A DNA stretch of 63,481 nt, counting the filler, from Octopus bimaculoides (lineage: Eukaryota): the NCBI RefSeq assembly GCF_001194135.2. It is 6 parts of 6 records of this genome, joined end to end, with 100 filler letters (N's around TTAATTAATTAA, not from the genome) between each part and the next. Parts side by side here need not be neighbours in the genome. Positions count along the whole stretch, not along the records: positions 26,429 to 47,880 come from NC_068989.1; positions 47,981 to 54,519 come from NC_068985.1; positions 54,620 to 59,140 come from NC_068988.1; positions 59,241 to 62,352 come from NC_068982.1; 2 more parts are not named here. One strand, written 5' to 3'. Made by a program: the position numbers and the translations under genes. Position 1 is the stretch's first letter; every line of letters begins with the position of its first letter. Below, in pieces: positions 47,652 to 59,859 of this stretch. The notes beneath the pieces are model-generated. The model did not search any database and was not told where the DNA came from. It saw only the letters and a program-made list of their open reading frames with translations.

Positions 47652-49997
47652 ATGTTCACCTTTTTTTTTTTTATATATCTTGTCGAGTCTTGCCAAACCG
47701 TTTGTCACTTCATTTCTGTTTTAATTCATCCATCTATCTACTATCTCTCCATATATATATAGGCTCGCTTCCCAGTCAGATGGGTCCAAGTTCAATCTCA
47801 CTCTTACCACCTTGTGAGTGGATTTGGTAGACAGAGACTAAAAGAAGCCCGTAGTGTATATGTGTGTGTGAGAGAGAGAGNNNNNNNNNNNNNNNNNNNN
47901 NNNNNNNNNNNNNNNNNNNNNNNNTTAATTAATTAANNNNNNNNNNNNNNNNNNNNNNNNNNNNNNNNNNNNNNNNNNNNACTCTAGTTTGGAATTAATA
48001 GCAAATGTACAAATATCATTACTCAGAAATAGATTTTGATTTCTGTAAGAGACTGGTCAAAAGAACACAGTATCCTGTTTTCGGCAAATTACTATCTCTA
48101 GTCAAAAACATTTTTCTGTTTTTCTTTTTCTACTGAAAGAAAATGGTTGAATGTTTTTTAAGAATGGTTATTCAGAGAATTAGGGTGGAATTATTTGCCA
48201 TTTGTTTTGCTGTGTGTGTATGTGTATGTTTGGGATATGTTGTCAAAGTATTTTTCTTATCTTTTTTTCTATTGAGGGAATGTGAGCAGTAGTATTGATC
48301 AGCTGTGTGTGTGTGTGCTCCTGTGTGTTGTTTTTGTTTATTGGAAATATGCTTTGTATATTGTGGTGTGTGTGTTTTTGATTTTTGGGGGACTGCTTTG
48401 CGTGTGTGACAGATCCTTATTTGTTGATTGGTAGTGGGTGTTTAGATATTTAATTGTGGTTTTAAATGTGTTAAGGGATTCGGTGTGTATGTGTGTTTGT
48501 TTTGTCTGTGCATGTGTGTGTGTATTTTTAGCGGTGTGTATGTACGTTTTTCGTTTTTTGATGGTGTATGTGTGTTGTTTTTTTGGGGGGGAAACATGTT
48601 CTGGAATTTGTGGTGTGTGGGTTTATGCTGTGTGACAAGTTTTCATGGAAGACTACATNNNNNNNNNNNNNNNNNNNNNNNNNNNNNNNNNNNNNNNNNN
48701 NNNNNNNNNNNNNNNNNNNNNNNNNNNNNNNNNNNNNNNNNNNNNNNNNNNNNNNNNNNNNNNNNNNNNNNNNNNNNNNNNNNNNNNNNNNNNNNNNNNN
48801 NNNNNNNNNNNNNNNNNNNNNNNNNNNNNNNNNNNNNNNNNNNNNNNNNNNNNNNNNNNNNNNNNNNNNNNNNNNNNNNNNNNNNNNNNNNNNNNNNNNN
48901 NNNNNNNNNNNNNNNNNNNNNNNNNNNNNNNNNNNNNNNNNNNNNNNNNNNNNNNNNNNNNNNNNNNNNNNNNNNNNNNNNNNNNNNNNNNNNNNNNNNN
49001 NNNNNNNNNNNNNNNNNNNNNNNNNNNNNNNNNNNNNNNNNNNNNNNNNNNNNNNNNNNNNNNNNNNNNNNNNCTCAAGGTTGTAGTCAACGTGACACTA
49101 TAACAAAAGACATTTGCCCTAGGTGCCATGCAGAGGGACTGAACCCAAAACCACATGGGTGGGAAGTGAACTTATTAACTGCACAGCCACACGTGTACCC
49201 TACAGCAGTACTGTGTATTATGATTTATTAAAGTATTACTAATGTACTTGTAATGTAGCAGAATAATACTACAGATAAATAATATCTTCAATATTGCTTC
49301 TTAATTAAAATTAATGAATTTATTGTAGGTATTATTTTTTTGTTATATACATTATTCTGACCACATCTTCAAAAGTTTCAGTAACATCATCACAATAGAA
49401 CGGTAAAGAGAAGCTCAAGAGTATTTTCTCACAGATGACTATATGTAGCTCTTTTTAAAGTGAGTTCACTATTTGACAAAGATTAAAATAGATAACAATT
49501 CTCACTGTAGAAATGATGAGTGTACAACGAGTCTAGCTTTAAAAAAATGTTCTCTCCTAAGACTGCACCTTCAGTACTACCCCTGTGGACTTGACACCAT
49601 GACAAGATCAAATATTTCAGGAAAACATAAATTTTTAAATATAAAAGATGTTTGCAAAAATCCTTAAGCAATGCAGAGGAGTTAAGCGAAACATGTCAGG
49701 TGAAGTTAATGAAATGATAACATAATAATTCAGAAAAAATTCCATTTTTCAAATAAAAGAAAAGATTTTGGAGATGTGTGTTGTTATCTACAGGCCATTC
49801 TAGTAGAATTCATGTATTTTCCTAGTTCCTATAAAATTTCAACAATCATATAAATTTTCAAATTAACTGTGATATTTCCACAAGTACTCTAGTTTGGAAT
49901 TAATAGCAAATGTACAAATATCATTACTCAGAAATAGATTTTGATTTCTGTAAGAGACTGGTCAAAAGAACACAGTATCCTGTTTTCGGCAAATTAC

Positions 49998-50148
49998 AAA
50001 ATGATGGCATTAGGAAGGGCATCCAGCTGTAGAAACTCTGCCAAATCAGATTGGAGGCTGGTGTTGCTATCCGGTTTCACCAGTCCTCAGTCAAATCGTC
50101 CAACCCATGCTAGCATGGAAAGTGGACGTTAAATGATGATGATGATGT
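49998..50148 (+). mobile_element. SINE 3' tail type 2 ending in (GAT)n
   Basis: GGCATTAGGAAGGGCATCCAGCTGTAGAAAC..CCAACCCATGCTAGCATGGAAAG..GATGATGATG, related to 51505-51620. Confidence 0.65.
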
Positions 50149-51222
50149 TGATACTCACAGTTTAGTGGCTTTCAAACTTATTTGTAATACTGAAAACAAT
50201 CGACAGTCAGAAATCCATAATTTGGACAAAATAATCAATGAATGCATGTATGTGTACTCATCCACATGCACAGACATATTTTTGTTTTTGTTCTTTTTTT
50301 CATGTTACCAAAATTTGGAAAGCATTATTCACAAATAAATTCTGTTAAAAATGCTTTCTAATTTGAAGCTGTTTTTTTTACGTAGACTAAATGCCTGTAA
50401 TTTCAAAATTCACTGTGCAACCTGAAGTGACCAGGCTCAGAGTGCAGTGTTCCTGTATTTTCTTTGGTCTTTATATGACTTAACAACTATTAATAATATG
50501 AGATAGTGATGGCACAGTTTGTGAATGTAGTTTTTTAGATTAGGAAATCTATTTATCAAATTATGACAATGAAGACGTCAATTTTACAGAAACGAACAAA
50601 TTGTTGAAAAATAACCAGGAAACAGATAACAGTAATGAACTGGTTAACATCTCCACTATATGTTATTGACAAGAAGGTTGTCAATAATATATAGGTGAGA
50701 GTTCTGTCTCTGAGATTATAAGGCATTTAGTAAGAATATTTCAATCAAATTTCTAGCTGTAGCCATTCACAACTTAAAACATGTTCCCAGTTTTCAAGAT
50801 GGTGAGAATTTGTTGAGGTAAATTTAGTTGTTACATTGATCAAGCTGAATGTTGGCTATATAGTCTCCTACACTAGAAGAGTTCTAATGCCCAAAGTAAC
50901 CAAATTATTATTATTGATGCCTTCAATTTCTGAGTAATGGGCCCAGTTTAATGTTGGTTAGAGAGCCAGATTTCCTGTTGTCCACATGTAGAATATAGCA
51001 GAATCAGAGCAATAAAAATACATCAATAAAGAAAATATACCCCCATGACATGAGGAAAGATATTTTTATCTCAATGACTTTAAATTCTAGGAGAAGAATA
51101 GACAGAAAGAAGACCAGGTCTCCTAAACAAAATTATAAAAATAACAAGTTGATTAGTTAGCCCTGTGTAATAACTGTAACAAATAAATTAAGATACCTGC
51201 ACTTCAACATACCCAAAGACAT

Positions 51223-51620
51223 ATGGCTATGCAGTTAAGAAGTTTACTTCTCATCCAGCCATGTGGTTTGGTTCCATGGTGTGATACCTTGGGCAAGTAT
51301 CGTCTACTATTGTCCCGTGCTGACCAAAACCTTGTGAGTGGATTTGGTAGATGGAAACTGAAAGAAGCCCATTATATACTTATGTGTAAGTGTTGGTATC
51401 TCTTTGTCATGACATCATGTGATTGTGTAAATGAATGTCATTCATTTCCAATATTCTGGGAGATCATGTCTGGCCATGGGGAAATATTACCTTGCTTGGA
51501 AACAGGTGAGGTTGGCAGAAAGAAGGTCACCCAGCCGTAAAAAATCTACCTCAATAAACTCCATCCAACCCATGCAAGTATGGAAAAATGAATATTTAGA
51601 TGATAAAGATGACGACGATA
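51223..51620 (+). mobile_element. SINE family A head with tail type 2
   Basis: Head CCTTGGGCAAG..GGAAACTGAAAGAAGCCC followed by GGAAACAGGTGAGGGTTGGC..CCCAGCCGTAAAAA..CCAACCCATGC and a degenerate (GAT)n. Confidence 0.7.
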
Positions 51621-51624
51621 AACG

Positions 51625-52620
51625 TCCACTTCTATGCAGATGAAGTGACTCCTCTTTCTTCCCAGACCTTTCCCAACAATGTAGCATCCACACATCAGTC
51701 TTTGAAAGCATATTCCAGTAGGAACAAAAGAATCCAAAAATCAGGAGAACACCTAGCATGAAAAAAACTCAGCTCAGTCCCTCACAGCTACTCCAAATTC
51801 TAGGCTTCACTATCACTGAGGACCTCTCCTAGTGAAAACACATCCTTAACATAACAAGAACCACATCCCTCCTAGTGAAAACATCCTTAACATAACAAGA
51901 ACCACATCCCTCCTAGTGAAAGCACATCCTTAACATAACAAGAACCACATCCCTCCTAGTGAAAGCACATCCTTAACATAACAAGAACCACATCCCTCCT
52001 AGTGAAAACACATCCTTAACATAACAAGAACCACATCCCTCCTAGTGAAAACACATCCTTAACATAACAAGAACCACATCCCTCCTAGTGAAAACACACC
52101 CTTAACATAACAAGAACCACATCCCTCCTAGTGAAAGTACATCCTTAACATAACAAGGACTACATCCCAAAGACTGGTTATTCTCTTCAAGGTCAGAGAA
52201 CATTACATCCCCCAGCAATTACTGGTACTCTACAAAAGTCAAGGCCCACAATGAGGTAGAGTGCCCACATCTGGAACAGTGCTGTTGCTACACACACAGA
52301 CATCATGGATTGCACTGAGAAAAGGGCCATTCAATTGATTGCCATAAAATCACCCATTTCAGACTTTGAACCACAAGTATGCTGTTTCCTCTCTTTACCT
52401 ATTCTACCACCACAATAATAACCTCTGTTCCTTGTACCTTCTCTACAAAGACACTTTCAACTATTCATCACCCTAGTTGTATTTAACCCTTTTTCTCCAA
52501 GCTCTGTATTAACCAGTTTGCCCAAACCTGCTGATAGTACTCTGGAATCTCCTCCCTGCTCGTGTATTTCCTGCAGTCATCGATTTGCAACAGAATCAAT
52601 GGAACATTAATGGTATTAGT
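51625..52620 (+). mobile_element. CR1/L2-group LINE RT C-terminal remnant containing a minisatellite
   Basis: YADEVT (51633-51650); KTQL; ILGFTITEDLS.*KHILNI; QQLLVLYKS; HIWNSA; EKRAIQLI; VFP...LQ. These resemble the standard post-RT motifs. Confidence 0.6.
51826..52167 (+). repeat. 43-bp minisatellite, 8 copies
   Basis: Unit CTCCTAGTGAAAACACATCCTTAACATAACAAGAACCACATCC. Copy 2 lacks 2 nt, copy 8 is diverged, and there are no spacers. Confidence 0.95.
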
Positions 52621-54475
52621 GTCATCGGTCTCAGAGGTTCTTCAAAGGATACGAGAACTACCCTTACCTCTAGACCCAGTAAGTTATAAAAAAAAAAAAT
52701 CATGATCAAGTCACTGAAAAGTTAAAAAGGTATCAAATACCTTTTCTTTCATAATAATAATAATAATAATATAGAGAAAAAATATCAATATAATCGTTAT
52801 CTATACTTTCGGAAATGTATCTGCAACATTCCATGAAAAAAACAAAACATGCACTAACAAAGTTATGAGGGAACAAACTCGTGATGGTGGAGGGCAATAA
52901 CCAGTAGCATCAATGAAAAACAGGTACTATATCAACAAAAGCAACAAATATTACGATTCATAACACTAAAGAAATACAAACTTGTACATTACAAATAACA
53001 GCTGGAAATAAAAGTATATCTGGTGAGCTAGCGAACTTGCGAAACAATAATTAGAAACAAGAAACATATTTTTGAAAGTGTGTTGTTGCTTTTTAAAGCT
53101 AACGATGGCCTTAATAAGTTGGACTTCATTCCATGACAAAAATATGAAAGGCAGTTGTTTTTATGCGCTTACGTCAAGTTTCATGCCATGGACTTCGGAC
53201 TGTGCTCCTAGATCGTTGATCACAAGAAAAAAAAATTGTAAACTATCACAATGTTAGTAAACAGATAATAAATGATTAAGCATAGCATTAGTGCACATAT
53301 ACGGCACGATTAAGTTTTGTTCTGTTTTTCTTTGTCACTTTTTTTACAAACTTTACAGTGACCTTCGTGGTCATTACGAATACCAGGTAAAAAAGAGAAA
53401 AACTCCTTCGTTCCGTATTTGTGTATTCATGTTCTAAACTTTTTTTTATTATTGTTTCTCTCACATTCTCAGGGTTTACGAAATTTTCCTCGTGATCAAC
53501 AAATTCGGAGTATTCTAATGATGTCGATGACATTTAGCTTGTCAGGAGCTATTTAAGAAAAAAAATATTTTTATATGTTTTGTTATTAACCATGAAAAAT
53601 TATGGATGCGTTATGAGAATATATATTTTGTTACTAACCATTAAATATTAAGGATAAATCGTAAGAATCTATCGTACTCAAATGATTATTTTCACTCTTG
53701 GGTCGCTTTATCTGAATTTGACTCGTTGAACTACATCAATGTCGAAATGAACTATTATTTAAATCCAGTAATACTGTAAATTAAAAAGGTTTTATACAGT
53801 TCTTAGTGGGGTATTTATTGCATGAAAATTCTGAATAAATGATATGACCATGGATAAGTTTATCGAACAATACGCACAACTGTTGTAATTTTTATTACGA
53901 TTTTTGTATTATAATTTAATTAGGGGACAATTTTCCCCTAACACCTACAACGAAGAAACATGTCTCATTTTTCAAAAGAGTGCCAGTTACCTGACATCTT
54001 ATTTTAGTAGTTATTGTCAGGTACAAAATGTATTAAGGAATTAAAAATAAATAACCTCTACCTCGTATATTGCGTATTTTCCCCGCTTAGTTTGTAAACA
54101 CAAACACATTCTATATAAAGAGAGTAACAGACAGAGGATCAAATAGACCTTGGCAAAATAAACTTCGAACCTCCGCGTAGCTTTGGCTAAACAGATTACT
54201 ATGAAAAGTACTCCAGATAAGTTCAACAGTCTTTAGAGGTTTACTGGTCCCGAGTAACTGCAAATGTATATATACACGTGTGTGTGGGGTGTATTTCATA
54301 GTTTGTAGCAACAGTCAGCTAGAGCACACAACGATTTCGACTTTATCGTTACTTCAAGTGAAGTAGTACCGAACAATTTTGATGTACCACAGAATGTCTG
54401 GCTTCTTTCGGCCTTTACCACACATATAAATGTGTGTGTGTGTGTGTGAACATATGCATATAAATATACACGTAT

Positions 54476-54519
<44 letters not shown>

Positions 54520-54632
54520 NNNNNNNNNNNNNNNNNNNNNNNNNNNNNNNNNNNNNNNNNNNNTTAATTAATTAANNNNNNNNNNNNNNNNNNNNNNNNN
54601 NNNNNNNNNNNNNNNNNNNCTTTATTTTTTCT

Positions 54633-54681
54633 GTCTCGGATGAAGGGAAGTACTGGATCTTCCCAGAAACAGCTGTAAGAC
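54633..54681 (+). ncRNA. Type I hammerhead ribozyme motif with palindromic stem III (Penelope-type)
   Basis: GTCT-CGGATGA-A-GGGAAG(TACTGGAT)CTTCCC-A-GAA-ACAGCTGT-A-AGAC. The core has U4-to-G and an A.A pair at the base of stem II. Confidence 0.5.
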
Positions 54682-55080
54682 TCTATCCATAAAATATTTC
54701 TCCAACCTTACCTTTCCTCTCTTTATCTTTTTGTTTTTATATATTTACATATACACACGCTAATACACGACTTATAATACCCAATCCTGTTCATACAACG
54801 ACTGGGGCAAACTAGTCGGTATACAGCACTTACTCGGTATTACCTGCATCCTCCTGGGTTTGGTTAGATCCAATACCCTCCTCAACCTTATATATATATA
54901 TATATATACACACGTACATACAGATTCATTCATATTTACATGTATGCATTCGCCTACACAGTAAAACTTCTAGGCACCCCTCACGCATGCACGTGCGCGC
55001 GCGCACACACATACATACAGACGCACGCAAATGCACACAAACACTGAAAACTCTCGTTAAACGGATGTCACTTGCCCATG

Positions 55081-55127
<47 letters not shown>

Positions 55128-55224
55128 ACAGAAGTAAATAGACATCCTTATAATCATTAACATTTATTTAAATCTGAGATTATACATTTAAATTATTTCT
55201 CCATTATTATAATGTGAATAGGTA

Positions 55225-55990
55225 ATATTTAGAAGATATACCCTTCGCATTTTTCAATGCAATGATCCTATAAGGCATGCTACTGATCCGCTGACGAATA
55301 TTCGCTTAGGGAATTTCTTGCTAAGTTTCAGACAGTAATCTCAAAAGATCTGGCTTTGAGGATACTTTCTTGTTCTTTTTACGAAGCGTCCTGTCCATTA
55401 TTCCCCAGAGGTAATTAATAGGGTTCATATCTGGTGACTGGCTTGGCCATGGAAGTTTTTTAATGCCATTCTTTTACAACCGATCTTAGGTCATTTTAGC
55501 CGTCTGACAGGGTGCCCCATCTTTCATAAATAGAGAGTCTTCTTTAATCATTTCACAATTGGAGAAAATTGGAATGAGTCCTTTCTGCAATATGGACATA
55601 TATTTATCTGAGTTTATGTTTCTATCATACGCCATCAGCTCTGATTGACCATTGCTCCAAATTGTTCGACAAACCATCACAGAATAGCTGCTGTGTTTCA
55701 TTGTTGGCAGCAATCTTTTCATGTCAAATTCTCGATCTCAGACTTTTCAGACCCACATTTGACCACTGTCGGAAAATACAGCAAATCTGGAGTCATCAGA
55801 GAATATGACAGTGTCCCAAAATGCTAGTGGCCACTCTATCATCTCACTGGCCCAGCCTTTTCTTCATGTGATAAGTGGCTTCCTTATGCTGCTCTGCCAT
55901 AGTAGAAAAGTTTGTGGAGATACCTGACAGATGTCCTCTATAAATATTTCGCTCAGGCATAGCGACACTAATAACATGGTGTTAGAGCTC
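55225..55990 (-). mobile_element. Tc1 (DD34E-type) transposase remnant
   Basis: WDTVIFSDDSRF; SVMV; INSDKYMSIL; FMKDGAPC; LPWPSQSPDMNPINYLW; SMPYRIIAL.NAKG..SKY. Confidence 0.85.
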
Positions 55991-56279
55991 CACGCAATCC
56001 AACAGAAAACTATTAAGAATAACCGTTAACAAATATGGATGTATAAACGTCCTCGGGCAAGCTGCATGGCGCGTGTACACTCTCTCATACAAGCATCTGC
56101 AAAATTGTGAGCATACGCACATGTGAGGTTGGTGCAACTGTGGTCACAAAGCGAGTTAGTTATCTACTTGGTGTTTGTAAGAATGGGGAAGTTAAAAAGT
56201 AAACTTAAATCATCCATACCTTAAAATAAATCAAATTCTGTTAACGGTTACTCAAAATTCATTCCCACTGCATTGTGTG

Positions 56280-56495
56280 AAAGGACATTTATATACGTGT
56301 AAGTATCTCGAGAGTCGTTCAGAAATTCTATTAATGATCTTCTCGTTAGTCCACAAAATAGATAGAGATTCCTAGGAGCAGAGACCGCATCTTCTGGAAA
56401 TTATATTGTATGGTTTCGCGTGCCTTATTATGCACCAAGTTATGCTGTACTTCATATCTTTCTCCTTCAGCCGCCATACAAAATCTGCCAAAGAT
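56280..56495 (-). mobile_element. Penelope-like GIY-YIG endonuclease C-terminal fragment
   Basis: LADFVWRLKEKDMKYSITWCIIRHAKPYNIISRRCGLCS.E...IINRISE matches the PLE pattern LS.YIW.LK..Y.I.W.I..A.PY..RC.LC..E. Confidence 0.7.
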
Positions 56496-57209
56496 GATAT
56501 GTATTTGTATATATATATATATATCACATACGCCCTCTTACACGTAAGTTTGCCTTCAAGCATACTTATTTGTTTTATAAGTGCGCATGCGTATACAGCT
56601 GCATGCCGTCGCACACATACTCGTACGCCTGAATTCGCTCCTATAGAAACACATACATATGCGTTTGTACATTCGTAAATGCGTGATATGAATTACATTT
56701 ATCCGTGTATGCATGCAAACATGCCACTATAAAAAAGAAATAAACATGCGATTAAAATTTCAACATGAAAAAAAGCCATTAAAACTTTATATAATATAAA
56801 AATATATAAAATATATTTTAGGTTAAGCAAGTAAAAATATATAAAAAGTAGAAATAAGGGAATTCAAAAAGAAGTTAAAGCGAAGATTGTTAAATTTATG
56901 TAGAAAGTAAGGGAAGCAGTAAGAGGAAAGAGTGATGAACGGAAGAAAAAAAGAGTGGAGGGAAAAGGTTAAGTAAAAGAAGAATAAATGGAAGTTTCGA
57001 GGGTACACAGAAAAAAAAAAGAGAAATAAAAATAACCGGAGAATAGAAGGAATGGGAACTGCAATCGATTTCTCCGTCAAAGCTAATTTTCTATTGATCT
57101 CTATGCCAAAACTATAAATGCAACTCACTGAAAGTTTTGAATCTAGTTTTAAAATTATTTTCACCCGAAACTCTACGTCCATAAGTAAATATTTGCAGCT
57201 TCAAAATAA

Positions 57210-57413
57210 ATACTGATTTAAAATTTGTGGCACAGGTTCAAGGAAAGGAGTAAGCTGATTATACAGACCCCAGTGCCCAACTTTTACTTATTTTATCGAT
57301 CCCGAAAGGAAATGTCAAGCCTGGCGGAATTTGAACTCGGGATGTAAAGACGGACGAAATGCTGCTAAGTATCTTGCTCGGCGTGCTACTAATTCTGCCA
57401 ACTCTCCGCCTTT
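57210..57413 (-). mobile_element. SINE family B with 13-bp TSD
   Basis: AGCTTCAAAATAA at 57197-57209 and 57414-57426. Confidence 0.85.
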
Positions 57414-57749
57414 AGCTTCAAAATAACTATTGAAAGGGGTATATTTTCTTTATAAAGTATTGGTTTATCTGATCAAATATTCGTCAATTGAAAAGTGCTT
57501 TCTGCAATCCGAAGATTACAAGCTGATAATGAAGGATGCCCTCAATCTTCTTTGTTAAAGAAACGTCCTGATTCCACCAGATAACTAACTATGCAATATA
57601 ATACTCAACGGTAAGATGGAAAGCATCATGGGACTCCACCCTACAAAAAAAGAAGGCAAAAACATATTGTCCTGGAAAGTGGAAAATGTACTTCTCCGAA
57701 AAATTAATTTCTTCAACACGGGCAAAAAGATAAAATTCAGAATATTTTA

Positions 57750-58075
57750 TAATTACCTCATTTATGAAGCCACCGTAGACTCTACAACCACTAAGGACAT
57801 AGTTTCGTCAAAAAATATGTGGGTCTTACAGAAGGAAATTTTAAAGCCAGGTTCAACAATCACACCTTAAGCTTCAGACACTGGGATAAAAGGAAAACAA
57901 CCAAGTGTAGGACTTACACCAACGGCAGTGGAAAGTGTGGTCTTTGCGATATGGAAAGATGGCTCATCTGGAAAAATTCTTTAGACCTCGCTACATGTCT
58001 AAATTCAAGAACTGAACTTCTTGGGTCATGTCCACGTATGGCAAAACATTTGCTACGTTTTTGGACACAACCAAG
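57750..58075 (+). mobile_element. Penelope-like GIY-YIG endonuclease fragment
   Basis: LIYEATV...(Y)VGLTEGNFKARFNNHTLSFRH...YTNGSGKCGLCDMER...LNSRTELLGSCPRMAKHLL. One frameshift and one internal deletion. Confidence 0.8.
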
Positions 58076-58505
58076 ATCACAGATAGAACCTGTTTTTTAT
58101 ATTATGTCCACGTACAAGCCTTTCATATGTCTTAACATCTTATATATTTCTGTATATTATTTTCAACCCTTTAAAATTGTGTAACTTATATGCGTTTAGT
58201 ATATACCTAATGTGTATGTGCGTGCATATATACATGTACGAATGATTGTATATATACGAGTGCAAGACTCTACCTGTTGGACTTGTCTCCTTCCTTCGTA
58301 CATACATGTATGTATATACGTTTATATGTCTGCAGGTGTAGATGTGTTTGACAGACGGGAGGGTGTATTTGTGTGTATACATTTATAACTCATTTGTATA
58401 TTCAAGTTTCGCGGCGAATGTGAATGCTTTACGGTTTATGATTTTTGCCTATGTGTTTTTATTTGCATATACGTCTATCCGCGTATTTATGTATGTCTAT
58501 CGTAT

Positions 58506-58545
<40 letters not shown>

Positions 58546-58859
58546 TTATCTATCTGTCTTCCTCTATCTTTCTATCTATCCCTCTATCTACCTATCTACC
58601 TTTCTTCTTACCCATCTCCCCGTCTCGCTCTGCTTCTTTCTGTTATTCTAACTTCTACTTCACTGCTATGCACTCCTGTTTCTTCCTCCTTGTTCCACTT
58701 CCTCCCTCCACCGTCCTCTCTGATCTCGTGTGACCAGTGGTCAACTTTCTTTTCACTCCAGCCGCTGTGAATGCAAGACGAATTACTAGCGTTCTACATC
58801 AGATTCGCGTTTGGCCGTACGGCTTTTTTATGTTGTTTTCACTGTCCATTTTTCCTGTC

Positions 58860-59095
58860 TTGGTTTACGTTTGCCACCTTGGAATCCTCTGTTTAGTTGG
58901 TTGATCCACTACTCAGGAAGAGACTATTCTAGAGTACGTCCTGCCTTATCTTCGAAACGTCGAGTTAGAATAGAGGCAGCTGATGAATAATTCCAAGTGG
59001 CTTTCTGTTTTCTTATGTGTTCGTTCCGTTGTCTGTAGTTCATTGTTCTAACGTCCTGTACCCTGATATGCATCTATATACACATGTAGATGAAA
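58860..59095 (+). mobile_element. Unclassified interspersed repeat F, copy 2
   Basis: Colinear with 16660-16950. Confidence 0.7.
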
Positions 59096-59261
59096 GTATA
59101 TACATATATGTGTGTATACATGCATATATATTTTTTGTATNNNNNNNNNNNNNNNNNNNNNNNNNNNNNNNNNNNNNNNNNNNNTTAATTAATTAANNNN
59201 NNNNNNNNNNNNNNNNNNNNNNNNNNNNNNNNNNNNNNNNACACATACACATTAGTGCACG

Positions 59262-59400
59262 TTTCCTCGTGTGCCTTTTAAGCATGGGTTCAGTCCCATT
59301 GCGTGGCACCTTAAGCAAGTGCTTTCTACTGAGGCCCCGGGACGACGAAAGGCTTGTGGATTGCTTTGGTGGATTGAAACTGAAAGAAACCCATCGTATA
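59262..59400 (+). mobile_element. SINE family A head, diverged
   Basis: GGGTTCAGTCCCATTGCGTGGCACCTTAAGCAAGTG..GAAACTGAAAGAAACCCATCG. Confidence 0.7.
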
Positions 59401-59774
59401 CATACATAAATATATGTCGTGCATGTATTTATGTATGTACCTGTGTGTGTGTGTGTGTGTGTGTATGTGTGTGTGTGTATGTGTGTGTGTGTGTGTGTAT
59501 GTGTGAGCATGTCATGTATATACACTGAGGTACACGCAGACGTATATTCGTACATACAAGTATGCGTGTGTGTATATGTGAGAATGTGTTTGTATACGCA
59601 CACTCTCACACATAGGCACACACACTGACACACACTGACACACACTGACACACACTGACACACACTGACACACACAGCTTCGCTGCTTGTTAGCTCTGTT
59701 ATTTCTGCCGTGTTTCTAATTATTCTTTTTCTCTTGTCTTACAGTTTTATCATTGTTTTTCCCTCCCTCCATTA

Positions 59775-59859
59775 CCTTCTTCTTCTTCTTCTTCTTCTTC
59801 TTCTTCTTCTTCTTCTTCTTCTTCTTCTTCTTCTTCTTCTTCTTCTTCTTCTTCTTCTT
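59775..59859 (+). repeat. (CTT)n microsatellite running into a gap
   Basis: Direct reading. Confidence 0.95.

Noticed and set aside
48200-48658. GT-rich aperiodic tract
   Set aside because: It looks like a low-quality read tail before a gap rather than a biological repeat.
51826-52167. CRISPR-like regular repeats
   Set aside because: The units are head-to-tail with no unique spacers, in a eukaryotic context with no cas genes.
53288-53533. 81-aa minus-strand ORF MSSTSLEYSEF...
   Set aside because: No recognisable domain or splice support, and the ORF is short in AT-rich sequence.
53920-53941. 8-bp hairpin TTAGGGGA/TCCCCTAA as a Helitron end, terminator or telomeric seed
   Set aside because: It is isolated, with no CTRR terminus or partner end and no TTAGGG array.
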